From Candidatus Marinacidobacterales bacterium (lineage in GTDB: Bacteria; Acidobacteriota; Vicinamibacteria; Marinacidobacterales; SMYC01), in the NCBI GenBank assembly GCA_965237955.1, contig OZ250169.1:4608001-4672000 (forward strand): a stretch of DNA of 64,000 bases, written 5' to 3'. The notes beneath the pieces are model-generated. The model was not told where the DNA came from and made no database searches. It worked only from the letters and a program-made list of their open reading frames with translations. Positions 57,966-64,000 of this stretch are shown here, one piece after another. The position numbers and the translations under genes were made by a program. Positions within the stretch are counted from its first letter, which is position 1. Every line of letters starts with the position of its first letter.

Positions 57966-59195
57966 CTACAAGCGCCCGCCGGGAACGAGGCGCTCGTCTT
58001 TTGCTTCGGAGCCCGTGTCTCGTTCCCGCGTCCATCGGAGCCCAGGCTCCAAACCGTCCTCGGCGAAGCTCAGATGGGTTGCCAGACAACCGGGCGAACG
58101 TTCCGGCAGATCGGCGAAACGGTCATGGATGGCCGTGAGGTCATCGACATTCTCGAGAAACAGATCCAGGAGCTCTGGGTCGAAGTGACTACCGGACGCC
58201 GCGCGCATCCGGGCTAGTGTGTCTTCGAGTGAGAAAGCTGGCTTGTAGCAGCGCTTGGTCATCAACGCATCGAACACGTCGGCGATCGCGATGATTCGGG
58301 CCACCTCCGGGATCTGATTGCCCACCAGGCCACGCGGGTAGCCGCTTCCATCGAAGCGCTCATGATGATGCTGGGCCACCTCCGCGCCCAGCTGCAGGAG
58401 CCTTGATGCCGAGCCGGCAAGGATGTCGGCCCCGATTCCCGGATGGCGCTTCATGATCGTGAATTCCTCCGGAGTCAGCTTTCCAGGCTTGTTGAGAATC
58501 ACGTCCGGGATGCCGATCTTGCCGATATCGTGCATCTTGGCGGCCGAGAGTAGCATATCGGAGTCTTCCGCCGACCAGCCACACCGGACGGCCAGCAGCG
58601 CCGAATAGTGGCTCATCCTGGATAGGTGTGCCGCGGTGCACTTGTCCTTGAACTCGGCTGCCGCCGTCAACCGCAATACCGTTTCCCGGTGGGCCAGCAA
58701 TATCTCCTGCCGGGCGGCAGCCAAAGTCCTGACCGTTTCGGTCAGCTCTCTCGTGCGCGCCTCGATCTGGGTCTCCAGCGTGGCATTGAACTGGTTGAGC
58801 TGTTTCTGGTAGCCCCCGATCCGCAGCATCGATTTGACGCGGGTCCGTAGTTCCGTCGGATCCACCGGCTTGGCGATGAAATCATCGGCACCGAGGTCGA
58901 TGGCCTTCAGTCGGCTGACGTCATCGGACCATGCCGTCATCACACAGACCGGAATCGAACGATTGGCATCGTTGCTGCGAAACTCCTTCAGGAAACGGTG
59001 ACCGTCCATGACGGGCATCGCAATATCCAGTAAGATGAGATCGGGACGATGCTGTTCGAGCACTTCCAGGGCCTCGCGCCCGTTTTCCGACTCGAGGAAG
59101 GCCAGCTCCTGGGGACGCAACACGCGCTTCACTGCATTCCGGTTCGAGACTTCGTCTTCGACGAGCAATACGATCTGTTCCACGATGTCTCCCAT
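57966..59195 (-). CDS. Response regulator with HD-GYP cyclic-di-GMP phosphodiesterase domain (RpfG family)
   Basis: Receiver (LLVEDE, LLDIAMP, FIAKP), MHDIGKIG, HHERFDGSGYP and ADVFDAL motifs. Confidence 0.93.
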   Translation of the reverse strand: MGDIVEQIVLLVEDEVSNRNAVKRVLRPQELAFLESENGREALEVLEQHRPDLILLDIAMPVMDGHRFLKEFRSNDANRSIPVCVMTAWSDDVSRLKAIDLGADDFIAKPVDPTELRTRVKSMLRIGGYQKQLNQFNATLETQIEARTRELTETVRTLAAARQEILLAHRETVLRLTAAAEFKDKCTAAHLSRMSHYSALLAVRCGWSAEDSDMLLSAAKMHDIGKIGIPDVILNKPGKLTPEEFTIMKRHPGIGADILAGSASRLLQLGAEVAQHHHERFDGSGYPRGLVGNQIPEVARIIAIADVFDALMTKRCYKPAFSLEDTLARMRAASGSHFDPELLDLFLENVDDLTAIHDRFADLPERSPGCLATHLSFAEDGLEPGLRWTRERDTGSEAKDERLVPGGRL

Positions 59196-59215
59196 GATTT
59201 TCCGAGCGGCTCACT

Positions 59216-59752
59216 GCCTTGGTGCACAACTCCGATAGAGGCCGAGAGCTCGCTTGGCCCCGACTCCCATCATCCGATCATCTCGCTATCAGGCATCCCG
59301 AGCGCCGTCATCGTGTTGAGAATCTTGCACCCGATCCTTGCCTCGACTCTCTGTGCCGCCAACCCTCTCGCTCGCATCGCTGAGCCCACGATAGCCTTGT
59401 AGCGATGGAACGTTGTCTCGACTTTGCTCCGTTTGCTGTAGCCCGATTCTGTGTGCCACTTTCGTTTGCCGAGCCGAGCTTGTGCTGCAATGTTGCGATT
59501 GCGCTGTCGGCTGCTCGCCGGCCCCGATGCGAGCTGGGCGCCCTTGCGCGGCGGTATCAGCACCCTCGGCGAGCAATGAGCGCTGTGATTCTCGATTGCC
59601 TCATAGACGCCGCCGGCGTCGTATGCGGTGTCAGCTCTGGCCGATGAGATGGGACTGTCGATCTGTCCGACAAGCGATGCAACCCGCGATGAATCGCGGG
59701 CTCTTTTGCTCGTCAGCTCGCCGGCGACGACTTCGCCACTCTGCTCGTCGAT
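59216..59752 (-). mobile_element. Truncated IS5-family (IS903-like) element: 3' half of transposase plus one terminal IR
   Basis: Open frame 59752-59270: IDEQSGEVVAGELT...ADTAYD...LIPPRKGA...GYSKRSKVETTFHRYKAIVG...E.RIGCKILNTM; IR-like gccttggtgcacaactc at 59216-59232. Confidence 0.82.
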
Positions 59753-60554
59753 CTACGTGAATGCAAGCGTAGGTATCTGGTGGGCAGGCTGGTCGTTCGG
59801 TGGGCGGCGTTTCGACGGTTGTTTCCTGTTCTTCGTGGTGGGTCTCGCGGTGCTCTTCGATTGGCTGCGTCGGCATCCCATCATCCCAATTCTCGGAGGA
59901 AGCCTAGCCCTCGTTTTGTGGAATCTGGAACTTGCGCATCAAACGCGGCGAGGGCTCGTGCCACCCGATCGCCTCGTCTCCTTCCGAAGCGTATCGGAGA
60001 GGACCGTCCGAGAGCTATATGACCGCTTCGGCTACCCGTTTGCCGCGCCTGCGAATTGGATCTTCGCCAGGCGCTTTGGCGTTTCGCCGGAGAAGTTTGA
60101 CCGCGTCTTCGGTCACGAGGGCTTCGGAAATTTTAAGCTGGTGTTCGATTCGGGTAGCGAGCCGTTTGTTGCAACCGGCTGGGGAGACGCAGAGCTCGAC
60201 GCTGATGGACGACCGTTTCGATGGTCGCTAGGCGAGGTGTCTCAGCTATTAGTCCCGTTGCGGGCCGTGCGGGAGTACGAGTTGAACGTCGAAGTACGGC
60301 CGTTTTCTGAGACCGTGCCCAACGAGCTTCGGGTGTCCGTGAATGGCTCGACCGAGCCGGGTCGCCGTTTGAGCACGGCCGAAACGTTGACAGCGCGATG
60401 GGTCCTCTCCGCTGAGCTCTTTCGGCCTGGAGTCAACGTCCTTGCGTTCCGCCTCGTTAAGACGAAGCGCCCCTCGGAGCTCGACCTGAGTGCAGATTCC
60501 CGCGAACTCGGGGCAGCGTTTTACCGGATGGAGCTCGTCGCCGTACCGGACTGA
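59751..60554 (+). pseudogene. 5'-truncated membrane protein (GT-C-like C-terminal half)
   Basis: Begins mid-protein at the IS junction with YVNASVGIWWAGWSFGGRRF, followed by TM helices and a beta-rich periplasmic domain. Confidence 0.62.
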
Positions 60555-60606
60555 GGCCCATCGAGGCATCCATGTCTCAGACGTGTGCTAGGATACCCGC
60601 CTTCTT

Positions 60607-62255
60607 ATGGCAGAGCTCCGGCGCTGGACTGCGACGGCTTCTCTGACACGCCCTGCCGTACTTCTCGCAATTCTCATTCTCGCGGCGGTGCTGCGCTGGT
60701 GGGGCTGGGATTACGGCCTTCCGCATCCGATGGCGCGCCCAGATGAAGAGATTACTCTGGAAGCCGCTATCAAATGTTCGCGAGCGGGAATCCGGATCCG
60801 GTTTCGCTGCCGTATCCAAGCTTCATCGTCTACCTAGACGTGGCGGCGTTGCGTCTCTACTACAAGGTGGGGGAGTTCCTGGGCCGCTACGATCGGCGTC
60901 TCGACATGCTCTTCGACATGGTCGTACTACGCCCGCGTTTTCACTACCGAGTGGCACGCACTGTGAATCTCGTCTTTGGCGTCGCAACGGTAGCGCTCGT
61001 CTATCTGCTTGCAACCACGACCTTCCAGACTCGAGACACAGGATGGCTGGCTGCTCTCCTCCTGGGCACGAGCTTACTTCATGTCATCTACTCGCGGTTT
61101 GCGACCGTGGACGTGGTCACTACGTTTCTCGCGACGGCGGCGGTACTCTTTGCCGTCCGAGCAGCTTCGTCGTCGAAAACGTCGTCCTATGTCGTCGCGG
61201 GCATGTTCGCCGGCCTTGCTGCATCGAGTAAGTACAACGCCGCCGTCGTTGTCTCGGCGCTCGTCCTTCCCGTCGTCGCCGTGCTCTTCGGTGGAGAGGC
61301 GAAGGAGCGAGCCCGATCCCTCTCCAATCTTGCAGTCGCGGGCTTGGTGACGGTTTTGGTCTTTGCAGTGACATCGCCCTTCGTCGTTCTCCACTACGAA
61401 GAGGTTTACAGATTCGTCACGCACATGGGTCGCGTCCTCACTGATGCTCCTGACGAATTGGCACTGTGGGTTCACCTGCGCGACACGTTTCCCCGAGGGA
61501 TGGGGTGGCCATTCTTTGCCGCTGCTGTTGTGGGGCTTGGTCGCGCCGGCTGGCGGCGGCGACCCGAGGACCTCGCGCTGGTTGGATTCGCTGTCGTTTA
61601 CTTCGCCGCTATCGCCGGCGCACGCATCGTCTTCCCGCGATACGTGCTGCCCCTCATACCGGTACTTGCCGCGTTCGCCGCCGAAAGTTCCGTTTGGCTT
61701 GCAGCCCGCTTTCGACACCGAGCTGCTGCTACCGCGGTCCTGACTGTTTTGCTCGTCGTGCCTTCGCTCGCGAGCTCCGTTCGATTCGATCGTCTCGCGG
61801 CTCGGACCGACACACGACTGCTCGCGACCGAGAGGATCGAGGAGAATCTCCCCAAACGGTCGAAGATCGCCCTCTGCCGTGGATACGGCGCACCTAGTAT
61901 CAACTCGGACCGTCGGCGCCCACCAGCGTTCGAGCCGGTAACGATAGTTTGTTCTGTTAACGCGATTCTGGCTTCTGGTGCGCGCTACCTCGTTACCTAC
62001 GAATACCCTCCCCTTGAGCACCGACTCGCGTCGGACGTTCACGAACTGCTCGCGAGACGTGCCACCGCCCTACGGCGCTTCGATCCCTTTCGTGCTGATT
62101 CGGAGGAGACACCGTTCTTCTATCGGCGCGATGCTTTCTACTTGCCTCTCTCCGGCTTCGGGGCCCTCGAACGTGGCGGGCCAATCGTCACGGTCTGGGA
62201 TATGAACGTAGCGGACGAGTCAGGGGCGGAGACGCCGATGGGACATCCCGGTTAA
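60607..62255 (+). CDS. GT39/ArnT-like (PMT_2) membrane glycosyltransferase, frameshift at ~60772
   Basis: LRWWGWDYGLP...PDE, then YPS, SRFATVD, GLAASSKYN and PRYVLP motifs; adding one A to ATCAAATG restores IK-MFASG. Confidence 0.78.
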
Positions 62256-62397
62256 CCCTAGCTACTCGGCAGGCACCTGGATCTTTAGGAAAATCAAAAT
62301 CTCATTTCTGATGCGTGCCAGAGCGAGCACCACAGTCGTACAGGGAAGGGACCTAATCCTGTCTTACCTGTGGTCTTCCGCCTGGGTGAGCCTAGGG

Positions 62398-62861
62398 GTG
62401 AGTGACAAGAACTCGCTGTGCCTTCTATTTATTCATCCGCGCGCCCCGAACTTGATTAGTCTCCGGTCTGCCGGCACCATGTCGGCATGATTTCGTCGTT
62501 GGTTCCCGCTCTCATCTCTGCCTTCAAGGCTTGTCGCGAGCTGGCTCTCGAGAATGTCGCTCTTCGGCAGCAGCTCGCCGTCCTCCGTCGTTCGGTGAAA
62601 CGGGCGCGGCTCTCGAATGTCGACCGTGGGTTTTGGGTGCTGTTGCGCAGAATCTGGACTGACTGGGAGAGCGTCCTCGTCATCGTGAAACCTGAGACGG
62701 TCGTCCGCTGGCACCGTTGTGGGTTCAGACGATATTGGGCGTGGAAGAGTCGACGGCGTAGGCCCGGACGACCAGGCGTCGCTCCCGAAATACGTGAGCT
62801 GATACGGAACATGAGCAGGGCCAACCCCGTCCTGTGCCAAAACTCGGCCCTTTTGAAATAG
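62398..62861 (+). mobile_element. Truncated integrase-core-type transposase (N-terminal part only)
   Basis: LALENVALRQQLAVL...IVKPETVVRWHR.GFR.YW.WKSR...GRP...IRELIRNMSRANP, then an abrupt break at ~62828; catalytic domain missing. Confidence 0.75.
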
Positions 62862-63091
62862 ACCACAAATCAGCAGCTTAGACGCCCTTGGAATCCGCGC
62901 AGAATCGAGGGTATTTCGCGCCGCAGGGCTGGCTTCCGACCCCAGAGCTGCGGGTGGCGAGCGACAGGCCCACCGGGGGTGCGCACGGCTGGCTCAAATC
63001 GGCTGCGGGGCGAGCTACGGGCAGTGAACTGCGCACCCGGAAGTCCCTCATTAGACTGGACTTTATCGAGCACAAGAGCGAACGTTCGGTG

Positions 63092-63523
63092 ATGCCGCAG
63101 GATACAGGGGTTGGCCGGAACGTCGTTTTGGACGGTTTGGACTTCGCCAGCTTACGGCGGGTCTGGGAGCAGACCTTTGGGGCTGCTCCTCCAAGCTCGC
63201 TCTCGCGTGTTTTCCTGCGCCGCGTTCTCTTGCACGAACGCCAGTGCCGGACCCATGGCGGGCTTTCGGCCGCAACCCGGCGCGCTCTGGCCGCCATGGC
63301 GAACGAGACACCAAGCTCCGGCGCTCCCGCAGGGTCCGTTTCTGCCGGCACCCATCTCGTCCGCGAGTGGAATGGCCGGACCTACCAGGTCGAGGTAATC
63401 GACAACGGCTATCGGTTCGATGGCAAAACCTATCCGTCCCTCACTACCATCGCAAAGCGAATCACCGGCACCCACTGGCCTGGACCACGCTTTTTCGGTC
63501 TGACGCCCAAGCGCAAGGCCTAA
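63092..63523 (+). CDS. DUF2924 domain-containing protein
   Basis: LRRVWEQTFG, Q...GGLS, GTHLVREWNG, YPSLTTIAKRITGTHWPGPRFFGL motifs. Confidence 0.88.
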   Translation: MPQDTGVGRNVVLDGLDFASLRRVWEQTFGAAPPSSLSRVFLRRVLLHERQCRTHGGLSAATRRALAAMANETPSSGAPAGSVSAGTHLVREWNGRTYQVEVIDNGYRFDGKTYPSLTTIAKRITGTHWPGPRFFGLTPKRKA

Positions 63524-63524
63524 C

Positions 63525-64000
63525 ATGAAGAAGATCCGCTGTGCCATCTATACGCGAAAGAGTGCGGAAGAGGGTCTCGAACAGGAGTTCAACTCCCTCG
63601 ATGCGCAGCGAGAAGCCTGCGCCGCGTATGTCGCGAGCCAGAAAGCGGAGGGCTGGGTGCTGCTGCCAACCGTCTACGAGGACGCGGGGCTCTCGGGAGG
63701 AACCCTGGAGCGCCCGGGCCTGCAGCGCTTGCTCGCCGACATCGACGCCGGTCTCGTCGACCAGATTGTGGTCTACAAGGTCGACCGACTGACCCGTTCC
63801 CTCTCCGACTTTGCAAAGCTCGTCGAACGGCTCGAGGCGGCCGGCGCGGTTTTCGTCTCGGTGACTCAGTCCTTCAACACCGCGACCAGCATGGGACGAC
63901 TGACGCTGCATATGCTGCTGTCCTTCGCACAATTCGAACGCGAGGTCACGGCCGAGCGGATCCGCGATAAGGACGCTGCCTCCAAGCGCAAGGGACTACG
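63525..64000 (+). CDS. Large serine recombinase (resolvase family), runs off the window end
   Basis: MKKIRCAIYTRKS...FNSLDAQREAC...SGGTLERPGLQRL...VYKVDRLTRSL...SFAQFERE; absent from the ORF track because there is no stop in the window. Confidence 0.92.
   Translation, partial: MKKIRCAIYTRKSAEEGLEQEFNSLDAQREACAAYVASQKAEGWVLLPTVYEDAGLSGGTLERPGLQRLLADIDAGLVDQIVVYKVDRLTRSLSDFAKLVERLEAAGAVFVSVTQSFNTATSMGRLTLHMLLSFAQFEREVTAERIRDKDAASKRKGL

Overview
GC-rich bacterial DNA, probably Acidobacteriota-like (GWxTD-domain protein, PD40 propeller protein, ADOP-type permease fragment, VPS10/BNR hydrolases). This taxonomy is inferred from family content only. Left part (1-28.4 kb): an LLM/F420-type oxidoreductase, a GxxExxY gene bracketed by 40-bp inverted repeats, a Leloir-like sugar operon (SSS transporter, galT, IMPase-like, ARA1-like GHMP kinase) with divergent galM, two VPS10/BNR proteins, a D-aminoacylase, a GWxTD/TPR protein, an enolase-family enzyme, an SDR, an HcnABC/opine-oxidase-like trio and many gene relics. 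Middle part (29-53 kb): a large cell-surface glycosylation and methylation locus. It has GT-C membrane glycosyltransferases, then a tightly coupled 12-gene minus-strand operon with three cobalamin-dependent radical SAM enzymes, one radical SAM/SPASM enzyme, two class I methyltransferases (two more flank it), GT4, GT4-nucleotidyltransferase fusion, GT9, two flippases and an O-antigen-ligase-family protein. This operon is the best candidate for an undescribed system. Right part (53-64 kb): PAS-PP2C phosphatase, subtilase, HD-GYP regulator, GT39-like genes, a tRNA 3'-end relic, IS remnants and the start of a DUF2924 + serine recombinase module. Five single-base frameshifts may be assembly errors. 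All family calls come from motif recognition, not database searches.
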